The notes below the pieces were generated by a model. The model was not told the origin of the DNA, ran no database searches, and saw nothing but the letters and a program-made list of their open reading frames with translations. From Bacteriovoracia bacterium (GTDB taxonomy: Bacteria > Bdellovibrionota > UBA1018 > JBFWNL01), in contig JBFWNL010000001.1 of assembly GCA_050251055.1 (NCBI GenBank), positions 491,825 to 555,824 on the forward strand: DNA of 64,000 bases. The letters run 5' to 3'. How positions within the stretch are numbered: the first letter of the stretch is position 1; the number at the start of each line of letters is the position of its first letter. The translations under genes and the position numbers were made by a program. Shown one piece after another: positions 30,049 to 40,431 of the stretch.

Positions 30049-31119
30049 TTACGCTACTTCTTGCGCCACTTCGCGAATCAAATTCGCGATGTTCGAGAGC
30101 TGCGGCACGCTCGCCATCTCGAGCGGATCGGCCAAGCCAATGCCTGGGAGGAACTCCCCCGCCAATAGGCGCGGACGGGCTTCGAGATCGTAGAACAATT
30201 CGTCGACCGTGCGACGGACCAGGTGCTCGCCGAAGTTCGTCACCTCGGTGTCTTCGTTCACGAAAATCACGCGATGGGTCTTCAAAATCGAGCCCTTGAT
30301 CATCTCCCAATCGTACGGCCAGAGCGTGCGCATATCGATGACTTCAACGCTGATGCCTTCTTCACGTAGCTGATCGGCGGCCTGGGCGCAGAGCGGGAGC
30401 GTGCGGCCGTAGCTCACGACCGTGACCTGATCCCCTTCGCGCACGATCTTGCCTTTTCCAAGCTCGACCGTGTAATCGGTCAGACCCTTCGGCCATTTCG
30501 CCTTCCACTTCGAGCGATCGCCGAGCGGCGCATCGATCATTTCACTGAGTTGCTTCTGTCCTTCCGTCGTCAGCTCCGGCTCGCCCGGAATGGCGTCGGT
30601 ACCGCGCACGCGCAGGAGCGCCTTCGGCTTCAGATACATCGTCGGGTTCGGGTCCTTGAGGCACGCGAGCATAAGCCCGTAAGCATCGAGCGGATTGGAC
30701 GGCATGACGATCTTCCAGCCCGGGATGTGGGTCATGGTCGCGTCGAAAGAGTGCGAATGGTAGATCGAACCGCGGATGCCGCTACCGACCGGGGTCATCA
30801 CCGTCATCGGGAGATTCCAGTCGCCGTTAGAAGCCCAGGACTGCATGCCCGCGAGCTTCAACAGATCGATCGTGTTGTAGATGTAATCGCAGAACTGAAT
30901 CTCGGCCACGCAACGAGAGCCCGCGAGGCCCAGCCCCATGGCGGCACCAATGATTCCGCGCTCGTCGAGCGGGCTGTTCCAGGTCGTCTTCAGACCCTGG
31001 GTAGCCGTGAACACGCCGCCGAGCGGAGGTCCCACGTCTTCGCCAAAGATGTCGTTCAGTCCTAAATTCTCTTCCCCGTAGTGGAGGGCCATGCGGATGG
31101 CCTGCGCCATGTTTGCCAT
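30049..31119 (-). CDS. 2-oxoacid dehydrogenase E1 beta subunit (probably branched-chain)
   Basis: GEDV..GGVF, PLDERGIIG, AEIQFCDY, YHSHS, VIDMRTL. Confidence 0.9.
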   Translation of the reverse strand: MANMAQAIRMALHYGEENLGLNDIFGEDVGPPLGGVFTATQGLKTTWNSPLDERGIIGAAMGLGLAGSRCVAEIQFCDYIYNTIDLLKLAGMQSWASNGDWNLPMTVMTPVGSGIRGSIYHSHSFDATMTHIPGWKIVMPSNPLDAYGLMLACLKDPNPTMYLKPKALLRVRGTDAIPGEPELTTEGQKQLSEMIDAPLGDRSKWKAKWPKGLTDYTVELGKGKIVREGDQVTVVSYGRTLPLCAQAADQLREEGISVEVIDMRTLWPYDWEMIKGSILKTHRVIFVNEDTEVTNFGEHLVRRTVDELFYDLEARPRLLAGEFLPGIGLADPLEMASVPQLSNIANLIREVAQEVA

Positions 31120-31134
31120 GAATATCTCGCTCTC

Positions 31135-32199
31135 TTACCAGTATTTGCCTTTTTGACCTGCGTACACGTGATCGTAAATCGTCGATCCGTCCGGCAGGGG
31201 CTCTTGGCGAACCTGCTTCTGCAGCTCCAGCATCTCGGCCGTGTAACGCTCACGCAGCTCGTCCATCTTGGGGCGGGACAAGAGACCCGCCTTCTCGAGC
31301 TTGCCCTCCAGGCGCACGATGCAATCGGCCTCGTTCGGCACGAAGTTCGCGCCGCTCGCCGAGCTGTGGCCATAGAGGCGCGAGACGTTGGCCTGCAAAA
31401 GCAACGGCTTGCGTTGGCTGCGCACGTAGTCCATCGCTTCTTGGATGGCCAGATAGGAAACTTCCGCGTCGTTGCCGTCGATCACCATGGTCTTGATGCC
31501 GAAGGCCTTGCCGCGATCCGCGATGACCTTGTCGCCATGCTGGGTGTTAGCCGCCGTCGAAATACCCCACTCGTTGTTGGTCACGATCATGAGGATCGGC
31601 AGCTCGTGGCCGGGACGCGAAGCCCACACGAGGCAGGACGCAAAATCTCCTTCGGCCGAGCCAGCGTCGCCCCCGTTGACGATGGTGATGCTGTCCCCGC
31701 CATGCCGCCGCTGCGCGATCGCGGTGCCAATCGCGGTTTGGTACTGCGTTTCAATGGTCGAGGTCACCGGAACCACGTTCCACTTCCGCACGGAAAAGTG
31801 ATTGGAGAAGTTACGGCCACCGGAGAACGGATCCGTCGCCGTATTCTTCATCTGGCGGAGCGGGTCGATCGGCTCCATGCCCATCGCGAGCAGGATGGCG
31901 CTCGAACGATAGTGCAGATGCAGATAGTCATAATCCAACCCCTGGCCCTTCTTAACCTGCAAGCCGAGCGGGATATTGAACGCTTCCTCACCCGGACCAC
32001 CGATCCAGAAGTAACCTTCGGATTGCTTGTACATCTTGATGAGGCGTTCCTCGAGCACGCGTGCCTTCACCATCAGATCGTGGATCTTGACGAGCGCCTT
32101 GGGGTTCATTTGGATGTTGTCCTTTGGACTCTTGGCCGCGTTTTTCTTCGCGCCGTTGCCGTTCGCAGAATGAGACTTGGACTTCGTTTCCAACTTCAA
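31135..32199 (-). CDS. 2-oxoacid dehydrogenase E1 alpha subunit (probably branched-chain)
   Basis: TPP motif GDAGSAEGDF...NN, plus RLYGHSS. Confidence 0.9.
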   Translation of the reverse strand: MKLETKSKSHSANGNGAKKNAAKSPKDNIQMNPKALVKIHDLMVKARVLEERLIKMYKQSEGYFWIGGPGEEAFNIPLGLQVKKGQGLDYDYLHLHYRSSAILLAMGMEPIDPLRQMKNTATDPFSGGRNFSNHFSVRKWNVVPVTSTIETQYQTAIGTAIAQRRHGGDSITIVNGGDAGSAEGDFASCLVWASRPGHELPILMIVTNNEWGISTAANTQHGDKVIADRGKAFGIKTMVIDGNDAEVSYLAIQEAMDYVRSQRKPLLLQANVSRLYGHSSASGANFVPNEADCIVRLEGKLEKAGLLSRPKMDELRERYTAEMLELQKQVRQEPLPDGSTIYDHVYAGQKGKYW

Positions 32200-32264
32200 G
32201 CCGGGTTCCTCCGTTGGGGGCCTCTATAGGGGAAAGCCGACGATAACCGAATTAAGTCGGATTC

Positions 32265-34751
32265 TCAAGGCGCCTGTTTTTCAAGGGTTTCGGCCAGCGC
32301 GGCCCGGAGCGAACCATACCGGGCCCGCCAGCGGGCCTGGCCTATCTTCTCGGCTCCTTGCATGTTTTCAGCGTATTGAACCAGGCCTCCCCAGATGGGT
32401 TCGGAGCTATCCAGTAAGTTCATGAGCTCCGTCTGCAGGGTCGCGCGACGGATCCAGGGCTGGGCTGAATCCATTACCGTCCCCCACTGGCCGTCGAGAT
32501 ATTGCCAGCCCCGGAATAGATAGGGATGATAAAGCGTGATCCCCATTTCCTTGTGAGCCTCGGTCAAGGCCCGCAGGGCCAGGATGGTATCGAGCAGATC
32601 CGACGGGGTCCCCGTAGGAACATCCTGGAGCCGCCGCAGGAAGCCGCCGGAGTACACGTCTTGCCCCATCGCTCCGAGGGTGGCTCCGCCAAACTCCAGG
32701 AAATCCTTCACGTACTCGCTCAACACGGCCTTTAGCTTGGGATCAGCGTTATCATCCGCTTGCATCACCTTCTTGAGGCGCACCACCGCGAGCAAAAACT
32801 TCGCGAGGCTGCGGACGCGCGCCATTTCCTCCAGCCGGCCTTCGGCCGTGATCTTCTCGCGGACCAGCAGATTGAAACCCCGCCGTCCGGCCAAGTGACC
32901 GCCCTTCGGCGCGATCAGATTCTTGAGCGCCACCGCTAGCATTCCGTAGGGGAGCTGCCGCGCCATATCCGGAAACACCACGATGGAGGCAGGGCCTTGC
33001 TCGTTCTTCTTGTCTTTCTTATCCAGGAATCCCAGGACCGCTTTCTGGAAGTTCTCCTGGCTGCCGAAATGACCGCCAAAAACGCCGTCGGCCTTGGTGG
33101 CTTCCGCGAACTCCGCGACCCCCATCACCAGATCCGACATGTCATCCAGCGTTTCGAAATATACCGTTCCCGGTTCGGCCACGGGACGGGCGCCCCCGGT
33201 CATTAAAAACTCGGACGGAAAGATACGAATCGGCGAGGGCGCGTCTGGGTCTTCGGGAACGTAGTTTTCGAAGTCCGTCCCCCAGGGCGAAAAATCTGTC
33301 TCTCCCGCCTGCAGCCCCCACCCCCCGAACAAACGGGACTCGAACACGGGCGTCAACACGTGATCGATGCGTTCTTTGTAAGCGGGTTGGTATTTCTTGT
33401 CCGCGCCCAAGACAGGGAACTCGGCCAAATTCTTCACGATGATCCGGCCCGCGGTATTCAGCGTCCGCGGATGGAAAAGGACCTGTTCGCTTCCCAGCAT
33501 CACGAGGAACCGGTTGGCGGAAGCGTAGAAAAGCGGCGCCGCGACGGCCGCGGCCGCGGGATCGCCCCCTCGGCTCATGAGCTTCGCCACCGCTAGATCC
33601 GAGCGCAAGCCCGCGATGAGCTCCGAGAAACGCATGCGCACGAATCCCTCCGGAGCGGTTCCCGGCTCGATGCGCTCCAGTAACGGGGCGTCCCGCCAGA
33701 GCGCCGCCATTTCGGCGACGCGCGGCTCGACGAACTTCAGGTAATCCTGCTTCGCGAGTTCAGACGGCGGCAGATTCAAATTCTTGAACACGAACTTCTC
33801 GGTGACGAAATCCGCGATGTGCCCGTTAAACTCGCTGAGGACTTCGAAGAACCCATGGGGCAGCTCGTAGTTGAAGGTTTCGATGAACCGCTCCATCAGG
33901 ATCGCATGCACGGCCGGCCAGGTCTCGCGCTCCCACTTCTCGGTTTGGCGGCGCTCCTTTTCGACGGCGTCGTGGAACATCTTGAAAACAATCTGGCGCA
34001 TCTCGCAATCGCTGGCGACCTTGAACAAGAGCTTCACGAGCTTGTCGAAGATGGAAACCTTGATGGCGAGTCCCAGCTCCGCATCGCACTGGATGACCCC
34101 ATTTTCGTCGGGCATGCCCGCGCGGCGGACCTTCTCGGCACGTTCCCGGCCGATGGCCTTCGCGGCCGGGCGCAGGCTCTTGGGAAATTGATCGCTCAGA
34201 TGCGCGCCCTCAAGGATCGCCAACATGAAGTAGTCCATGAGCTCCACGTCGGTGGGCTCATCCACTAGGCGAATATTGTCCTGGTAGGTTCGCTCGCCAA
34301 TCTGCTCCCACAGCGTTTTTTCGCCCGGCTGGGTGGGATTCATCAACGCATAAATCAGGAAGCTCGGAAATGGCGCGTCGCGGATCGACATCTCGATCCC
34401 GCTCGAAGTGTCTTCCGGTTTTTGGGGCCGATCGCTCCGATGGGTCCGGTACGAAAGAAACGCTTTCAGGATCGGCTCAAGATGAGTCGCGCGCCACGGT
34501 TTGAGTCTTCGATCCACGGCCCCCGATTCGGCGCGGATACGATCGTTCTCGATCACTTCCCGCAACAGACGGCGAAGATCGACCGGATCGACCTTGCGGT
34601 CTTCTTCAGAACTATCGTTTTGGGGAATGGGGGGAGAAACGGGGGCGGAAACCTTCCCTCGTAACGGCAATACGGAATTGGAACACCCCGGAAACGCGAG
34701 CACCCCAGCGAGCGCGCACACACCCAAGGTTAAAAGACGCGACACCGACAT
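32265..34751 (-). CDS. Large hypothetical lipoprotein
   Basis: Lipobox-like LAFPGC after a hydrophobic leader; 828 aa, mostly helical. Confidence 0.7.
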   Translation of the reverse strand: MSVSRLLTLGVCALAGVLAFPGCSNSVLPLRGKVSAPVSPPIPQNDSSEEDRKVDPVDLRRLLREVIENDRIRAESGAVDRRLKPWRATHLEPILKAFLSYRTHRSDRPQKPEDTSSGIEMSIRDAPFPSFLIYALMNPTQPGEKTLWEQIGERTYQDNIRLVDEPTDVELMDYFMLAILEGAHLSDQFPKSLRPAAKAIGRERAEKVRRAGMPDENGVIQCDAELGLAIKVSIFDKLVKLLFKVASDCEMRQIVFKMFHDAVEKERRQTEKWERETWPAVHAILMERFIETFNYELPHGFFEVLSEFNGHIADFVTEKFVFKNLNLPPSELAKQDYLKFVEPRVAEMAALWRDAPLLERIEPGTAPEGFVRMRFSELIAGLRSDLAVAKLMSRGGDPAAAAVAAPLFYASANRFLVMLGSEQVLFHPRTLNTAGRIIVKNLAEFPVLGADKKYQPAYKERIDHVLTPVFESRLFGGWGLQAGETDFSPWGTDFENYVPEDPDAPSPIRIFPSEFLMTGGARPVAEPGTVYFETLDDMSDLVMGVAEFAEATKADGVFGGHFGSQENFQKAVLGFLDKKDKKNEQGPASIVVFPDMARQLPYGMLAVALKNLIAPKGGHLAGRRGFNLLVREKITAEGRLEEMARVRSLAKFLLAVVRLKKVMQADDNADPKLKAVLSEYVKDFLEFGGATLGAMGQDVYSGGFLRRLQDVPTGTPSDLLDTILALRALTEAHKEMGITLYHPYLFRGWQYLDGQWGTVMDSAQPWIRRATLQTELMNLLDSSEPIWGGLVQYAENMQGAEKIGQARWRARYGSLRAALAETLEKQAP

Positions 34752-35014
34752 TTAACCCTCTTCGCCCCCAATGAAATCCGAGAAAATCTATCTGCGGGGG
34801 TATCGTAGAGAAGTTTTCAAGTCAACGCTCGACTCTGACACTTTGCTTCAAGTTCCGTCAGCGATTAAGAACACTTCCTCGCCGCTCAGTAATCCCCCGG
34901 GTTGACTTCACTTTTTAAAGCAGCTACTAGCTGGGTGAGTTTTGGCAGGGATGTGCGTCAGGGAAAATGGGGAATGGGATTTCTTCTCGAAATACAGCCT
35001 CCTTTTGCCTCCAG

Positions 35015-35031
35015 TTGATTTCCAAAATCAA
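35015..35031. promoter_or_regulatory. Perfect 7-3-7 palindrome, possible operator
   Basis: TTGATTT-CCA-AAATCAA, ~60 nt upstream of the outer-membrane barrel gene. Confidence 0.35.
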
Positions 35032-35092
35032 GATTGCCGCCTGAAATAGTAGGGTTATTCGAGTAATTTAAGTTGGGCCGAGAGACGCGATC

Positions 35093-36445
35093 GTGAAGCA
35101 ATCGAAAATGAAATCTTTCTTCGTCTGCTTCCTGGGAATACTGGCCGGGGCTACGTTTCCGGGCGACGCGCGCGCCGAGAACGCCCAGACGATCCCCCGT
35201 GGTCGGTTCCGCTTAGGGCTCACCTACGGAATGAGCAATGGCATCACCGATACCTTCAACAGCGCCGGCAACCGCGAGCGCGTCGTCGGCAAATACAACG
35301 TCGACTTAAGCTCGGTGAATTTAAGTACGTACGTCCCCCAGGTAAAAGAGCTCATTGACGCTCTCAACGCCACCAATCTTAGCTACAACCCCAGCCACCG
35401 CCAGGACCCCAGTCACGGCATTGTTTCGTACGACGCCAGCCTTCCGCGCCTGGGCGACGCGCTGGAGCTGGGGTTTTTAGGGGTAGGCGGTCACGCTAGC
35501 CAACAGGTCTATAATTTCTCCCTCGCTCACGGCGTGACCGACCAGCTGACCGTCGGCATTCTCATCCCCTTCATCAAGACGGACGTACAGATCGACGCCG
35601 GCGTTTCCGGTACCAACACCGCCAGCGACATTTACCAGTTTTTTCAAAGCTCCGGATTCTCGGGATTAGGCCCCCAGGGCCAAAACCTGGCTAACACACT
35701 GCAGTCCCTCACCGTACCCAACCAAACCCTGGCGTCCATGCTGCGGTCCTTCGGGTACTCGGACGTCGAGAACTTTAACGCCAGCGGCATTGGCGACGTG
35801 GTCCTCGGAACCCGCTACAATTATTTCAATGGCGACGTCACGAACGTCTTGCCGGGACACTTCATCAACTCGTTCCAACTGGGAATCAAAGCGCCGACGG
35901 GACGCGTGTATTCGCCGCGCCAGGTGACCGCCATCGATTTCGGCCAAGGGGCGTGGGACGCCACCGTCGCCCACCTGATGAACTACACCCCGAGCCGGTT
36001 CCTCACCCTGGAAACCTCGTTTAATTACACTTACCGGTTCCGCGGAATGAAGCTGAAGATGATCAAGCAATCGGCGGACGACCTGCTACCGTCCATCGAA
36101 GAAAACGTAAACGAGAAGATGGGCGATAAGTTCTGGGCGCAGCTAGGCGGTAAACTCACGTTTACCGATTACCTGTTCCTGCGCTCGACTTACGAATGGT
36201 ACTGGAAGGGAAAGAACCACTATATCGGCTCTCAACCCGGCATCGACTACAGCCTGATCGCCGCCGACACCGATACTTATCTCGAAACGCTTTCGGCCGA
36301 GCTCACGCTCAGCTCGATCAACGCATTTCTCAACTATAAGTTCCCGCTGCCCGGCGAGCTCGTGTTCACCTATTACCATCCTGTCCGTGGCCGCAATACG
36401 ATCATTGCGCCTTTTGCCACGGCCGAGCTGGTGCTTTTCTTTTAG
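35093..36445 (+). CDS. Putative outer-membrane beta-barrel 'transporter' family protein
   Basis: Signal peptide; GIGDVVLGTRY, KAPTG, DFGQGAWD; amphipathic strands; C-terminal Phe (ELVLFF). Confidence 0.7.
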   Translation: MKQSKMKSFFVCFLGILAGATFPGDARAENAQTIPRGRFRLGLTYGMSNGITDTFNSAGNRERVVGKYNVDLSSVNLSTYVPQVKELIDALNATNLSYNPSHRQDPSHGIVSYDASLPRLGDALELGFLGVGGHASQQVYNFSLAHGVTDQLTVGILIPFIKTDVQIDAGVSGTNTASDIYQFFQSSGFSGLGPQGQNLANTLQSLTVPNQTLASMLRSFGYSDVENFNASGIGDVVLGTRYNYFNGDVTNVLPGHFINSFQLGIKAPTGRVYSPRQVTAIDFGQGAWDATVAHLMNYTPSRFLTLETSFNYTYRFRGMKLKMIKQSADDLLPSIEENVNEKMGDKFWAQLGGKLTFTDYLFLRSTYEWYWKGKNHYIGSQPGIDYSLIAADTDTYLETLSAELTLSSINAFLNYKFPLPGELVFTYYHPVRGRNTIIAPFATAELVLFF

Positions 36446-36517
36446 ACCCACCCGCCTAATTTGATATTGCGCTACCTAGCGAGTCGCGCCATGATGGGGC
36501 CGGGCTCGGGCCTCCGC

Positions 36518-37153
36518 ATGAGTAAAGAATCCACTGAGAAAAATCCGCTCCCCTTATCCGCCAAGCTGAACGCCTGGTACCGGGGCTCCATTCGCGGCAA
36601 AACGCGCATTACCCTGGCTTGGATCTTTTGCATCCTGCTCGTGCTCTCTGCCCGGGACTACCCGGCCTGGCCGGGAATCGCCGTCTGCTTCGTCGGCGCC
36701 TGTATCCGATTCTGGGCTAGCGGCTACCTGCGTAAGGACATGAAGCTTTCCGTGGGGGGGCCTTACGGCTTTTCCCGTAACCCTTTGTATCTAGGCACCT
36801 ACATCATGGCGCTGGGTACGGCGATTGCGGTGCAAAACGTGTGGCTCGTGCTCGCGGTTAGCGTGCTCTTCGCGGCGGTCTACCACTACATTATACTGGA
36901 TGAAGAAACCAAGCTCCGCGGAATCTTCGGCTCTCCTTACGAACTGTACTGCATGCTCGTACCTCGATTTTTCCCGCGCTTGAGCCCGCCCAAGCTAGAG
37001 GAAAAGCTCAAGGTGAACGCCAATCCTGAGCACCACCGCTTCTCCTGGGAGCTGATCGCGAAGAATCGCGCCCACGAGCCGTTCGCCACCTTCGCGGCTT
37101 TGATTGGTTTCATCTATCTCATCGCGCGGGTTTGGAAAGTCTTCGGCGCCTGA
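36518..37153 (+). CDS. ICMT/PEMT-family membrane methyltransferase
   Basis: GGPYGFSRNPLYLG, EETKL..FG..Y..Y, VPRFFP. Confidence 0.85.
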   Translation: MSKESTEKNPLPLSAKLNAWYRGSIRGKTRITLAWIFCILLVLSARDYPAWPGIAVCFVGACIRFWASGYLRKDMKLSVGGPYGFSRNPLYLGTYIMALGTAIAVQNVWLVLAVSVLFAAVYHYIILDEETKLRGIFGSPYELYCMLVPRFFPRLSPPKLEEKLKVNANPEHHRFSWELIAKNRAHEPFATFAALIGFIYLIARVWKVFGA

Positions 37154-37174
37154 CCGGCGGCCCTAAGAAACGGC

Positions 37175-39967
37175 CTACAATTCCATCCAGTTCTTACCCA
37201 CGGATGCGTTCACCCGCAAAGGCACCGCTAGACTCATTGCACTCTCCATGGTTTCCACGAGCAGCTTACGCACGGGTTCGACTTCGGCGGGTGGGCAGTC
37301 GAGCAAGAGCTCGTCATGTACTTGAACCACGATGCGGGAGCGGTACTTCCCATCGCGTAGCGAATCGTCGAGTTGGATCATCGCGAGCTTCATCAGATCC
37401 GCCGCGGTGCCTTGCACGGGCGTGTTCATCGCCATACGCTCGGCGTTGGCGCGGATCGCGGGGTTTTTCGCGTGAATGTCCGGTAGCGGGCGACGGCGCC
37501 CCAACAAAGTGGTCGTGAAGCCCTTCTCGCGCGCCTGCTCGATCTGCCCATCCAGGAAGTCCTTCACGGCGCGATAGCGATCAAAGTAGCGATCAATCAT
37601 TTCCTTCGCCTCCGTGCGCGAAATCTTAAGCTCCTGCGCGAGGCCAAATGCCGTCTTGCCGTACATGAGTCCGAAATTAATGGCCTTCGCGATCCCGCGT
37701 TGGCGCTCGTCCACGTCCGCGGGCTTCACGCCGAAGATTTCTCCCGCCGTCCGCCGATGTACGTCCTCATCCTTTTGAAAGGCGTGAATCAACTCTTGGT
37801 CGCCTGACATATGGGCCAGGATCCGCAGCTCGACCTGGCTGTAGTCGGCCGAAACGAACTGATTGCCCTCCGTCGGGACGAAGCCCCGGCGAATACGGCG
37901 ACCGCGCTCGGTACGAATGGGGATATTCTGCAGATTCGGGTCCGAACCGGAAAGGCGGCCCGTCGCCGCGACCGTCTGATGAAAGGAAGCGTGGATCTTG
38001 TGCGTTTTAGCGTCCACGAGCTTCGGCAACGGGTCCACGTAGGTCCCCTTGAGCTTGGCGATTTCACGGTACTCGAGCAAGAGTCGCGGCACCTCGTGAA
38101 GCGGCGCGAGTTTCTCGAGCACGTCGGCATCCGTGGAAAAACCGGTCTTGGTTTTGCCTTGGGTGGGGAGCTTCAAGTGCTCGAAAAGGAGCTGCGCGAG
38201 CTGCTTGGGGGAGTTCAGATTGATGGGTCCCGGCGTGAAGGTGCGCACCTTCTCCTCGATCACGAGCAGCTCGCGTTCGAACTCGGTTCCCAGCTTCTTG
38301 AACCAACCCTCGTCCACGCTGATGCCGGCGCGCTCCATACGGGAAAGCACGCCCACGAGCGGTAGCTCCACGCGAGCGAAGACCTCCATGAGTTTGGCGC
38401 CATCGAGCTGCGGCTTCAGCCGATCCCACAAGCGCATTGCCACCAACGCGTCCTCGGCGCTATAGCGCGTGGCCAGCGCGATATCGACCTGATCGAATCC
38501 GATCTGCGTCTTGCCCTTGCCGCAAACTTCCTCGTAGGTCATGGGTTTGTAGTCGAGATATTTCTGCGAGAGCACGTCTAGGTTGTGGCGGCCATTGGGA
38601 TCGAGCACGTAAGCCGCGATCATCGTATCGGCCCCGATGCCATCCAGGGCGATCCCCTGCTCGGCCAACACGCCCATGTCGTACTTGAGGTTCTGCCCGA
38701 TTTTCTTGTAACGGGGGCTTTCAATGAAGGGACGGAGCTTTTCGAGCACGAGCTCGCGCGGCAGCTGCGCCGTCGTCGTTCCCCGGTGTGCCAAGGGAAT
38801 GTAACAGCCGTAGGTGAGATCGTGGCAGATCGCCACGCCCACGACTTCCGCCTCGCGCGGGTTGAGCGAGGTAGTCTCGAGATCCAGCCCGAAGTGCTTG
38901 GCGCGCTCGATCCCCTCGAGCATCGCCTGGAAGGTTTTTTCGTCGTTCACCGTCCGGAAGGCCTGGGACTCGTCCGCGGCGCCGATCCACTTTCCCGCGG
39001 TGACCGCAGCCGTTTCCCCGGCCTGGGCGCTGGATGGCGAAGGCGCGGACGACGGGCCCCCAGAACTCGACGCGCGCCATTTTTCCACCAACGATTTGAA
39101 ATTCATTTCCTGAAGAAATGCTTCGCATTCCGGGGTCATATGGAAATCGTAGCGCAGAAACGCGGGATCAAGCACCATGTCCACGTCGTCCTTCAGGGAA
39201 GCTAGCTGCGCGGAGAGCCGGGCGTCGGCCTCGTGAGTCTTGAACGTTTCCGCCTTCTTGCCGGTCATCTTCCCGGACTTCGCGGCTAGAACCACCCCGT
39301 CGAGATCGCCGTATTCGTTTAGCAACTGCGCCGCCGTCTTGGCGCCGATGCCCGGCACCCCCGGGATATTGTCCGAGCTATCGCCCACGAGCCCCAGGTA
39401 GTCGCGCACCTGCGAAGCTTTCACGCCAAACTTCTCCAGCACGTCGGGCTCGCGGTAAAACTTCTCCTTCATCGTGTCCCACACCACCACCCGGTCGTTC
39501 ACGAGCTGCATGAGATCCTTGTCGCCGGTCACGATCACCACGTGGTTTTTCTTGGATAGCTCCTGCCACCGACGCGTAAGGGTGGCGATGATATCGTCGG
39601 CCTCGACTCCGGGAATGCGGTAGGAATGGATGCCCAGGAGCTGCACGAGCTGGTCAATGCGCGCGAACTGAGGGATGAGGTCGTCGGGAGGTGCGCTGCG
39701 ATTGGCCTTATAATCCGCATAAATTTCTTCTCGAAAGGACGGTTCCTTCGAGTCGTAGCAAACCACGAGATGCTTAGGCTGGCCTTCGTCGATCAGGCGC
39801 TTGAGCATCGAGGCCACGCCGTAGACGGCATTCACCGGCTCGCCCTTCGGCGTCGAAAGTGCCCGGATAGCGAAGAACGCGCGAAAGATAAACGAGCTGA
39901 CATCGAGGAGATAGAGCGTCGTATCTGGATTTTCTGCCGTGGGGCGTTCGGAGTTGGGTTTTGCCAT
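37175..39967 (-). CDS. polA: DNA polymerase I
   Basis: 5'-exonuclease (YKANR, EADD, GDKD), 3'-exonuclease (DLET, NLKYD, YSAED) and polymerase motifs A/B/C (ADYSQVELR, KAINFGLMYG, QVHDEL). Start trimmed to MAKPNSE. Confidence 0.96.
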   Translation of the reverse strand: MAKPNSERPTAENPDTTLYLLDVSSFIFRAFFAIRALSTPKGEPVNAVYGVASMLKRLIDEGQPKHLVVCYDSKEPSFREEIYADYKANRSAPPDDLIPQFARIDQLVQLLGIHSYRIPGVEADDIIATLTRRWQELSKKNHVVIVTGDKDLMQLVNDRVVVWDTMKEKFYREPDVLEKFGVKASQVRDYLGLVGDSSDNIPGVPGIGAKTAAQLLNEYGDLDGVVLAAKSGKMTGKKAETFKTHEADARLSAQLASLKDDVDMVLDPAFLRYDFHMTPECEAFLQEMNFKSLVEKWRASSSGGPSSAPSPSSAQAGETAAVTAGKWIGAADESQAFRTVNDEKTFQAMLEGIERAKHFGLDLETTSLNPREAEVVGVAICHDLTYGCYIPLAHRGTTTAQLPRELVLEKLRPFIESPRYKKIGQNLKYDMGVLAEQGIALDGIGADTMIAAYVLDPNGRHNLDVLSQKYLDYKPMTYEEVCGKGKTQIGFDQVDIALATRYSAEDALVAMRLWDRLKPQLDGAKLMEVFARVELPLVGVLSRMERAGISVDEGWFKKLGTEFERELLVIEEKVRTFTPGPINLNSPKQLAQLLFEHLKLPTQGKTKTGFSTDADVLEKLAPLHEVPRLLLEYREIAKLKGTYVDPLPKLVDAKTHKIHASFHQTVAATGRLSGSDPNLQNIPIRTERGRRIRRGFVPTEGNQFVSADYSQVELRILAHMSGDQELIHAFQKDEDVHRRTAGEIFGVKPADVDERQRGIAKAINFGLMYGKTAFGLAQELKISRTEAKEMIDRYFDRYRAVKDFLDGQIEQAREKGFTTTLLGRRRPLPDIHAKNPAIRANAERMAMNTPVQGTAADLMKLAMIQLDDSLRDGKYRSRIVVQVHDELLLDCPPAEVEPVRKLLVETMESAMSLAVPLRVNASVGKNWMEL

Positions 39968-39972
39968 GGTTT

Positions 39973-40422
39973 TTAAAGCTTCGGCGCAATCGCCGGGACT
40001 TCGATGACCTCGGTGTCGGCCATCACGTCGCCCAACCGATCCCCCGTCTTCACGCGCACCATCAGATAAATCTCCATCACCAAGAGCGGGAAACCCACCA
40101 GGATCAGGAAGATCCAGCCCCAGATCGGGATGATGGCAAAGAACGTCGCGAAGGCCACGGGCGCGTTGCGAATCGCGGAATCGCGGTAATTCGCCGGGGC
40201 CCGGCGCGTGGTGCTCACGGCCTGAAGCCCCAGTAGCTTCTTGCCTACGCTCTGGCCTTTTTTGAAGCCCTTGAAATCCAGCCCATCGGCCGCGAGGCTG
40301 TAGGCGAAGCCCAGGAACGGCCCCAGATATTGCGGCAGCACGATCCCTACGAACATCACCAAGAATAGGTCGATAAATTTGGCGGCAATGCGATGGGAGA
40401 CCTTGGCGCGTACGATCTTCAT
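39973..40422 (-). CDS. RDD family membrane protein
   Basis: RIAAKFID, GQSVGKKLLGL, RLGDVMADT. Confidence 0.88.
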   Translation of the reverse strand: MKIVRAKVSHRIAAKFIDLFLVMFVGIVLPQYLGPFLGFAYSLAADGLDFKGFKKGQSVGKKLLGLQAVSTTRRAPANYRDSAIRNAPVAFATFFAIIPIWGWIFLILVGFPLLVMEIYLMVRVKTGDRLGDVMADTEVIEVPAIAPKL

Positions 40423-40431
40423 GGCCGGGGT

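Noticed and set aside
30049-32199. E1 alpha/beta genes without an adjacent E2
   Set aside because: Split dehydrogenase gene clusters are common; not notable without the rest of the genome.
34771-34905. 44-codon intergenic ORF (MKSEKIYL...)
   Set aside because: No RBS or recognisable features.
34941-34958. Sigma54-like TGGCAGGGATGTGC
   Set aside because: GG-to-GC spacing is 9 nt, not the required 10.
35015-35031. FNR box
   Set aside because: TTGAT-N7-ATCAA, whereas FNR needs N4; kept only as an unassigned palindrome.
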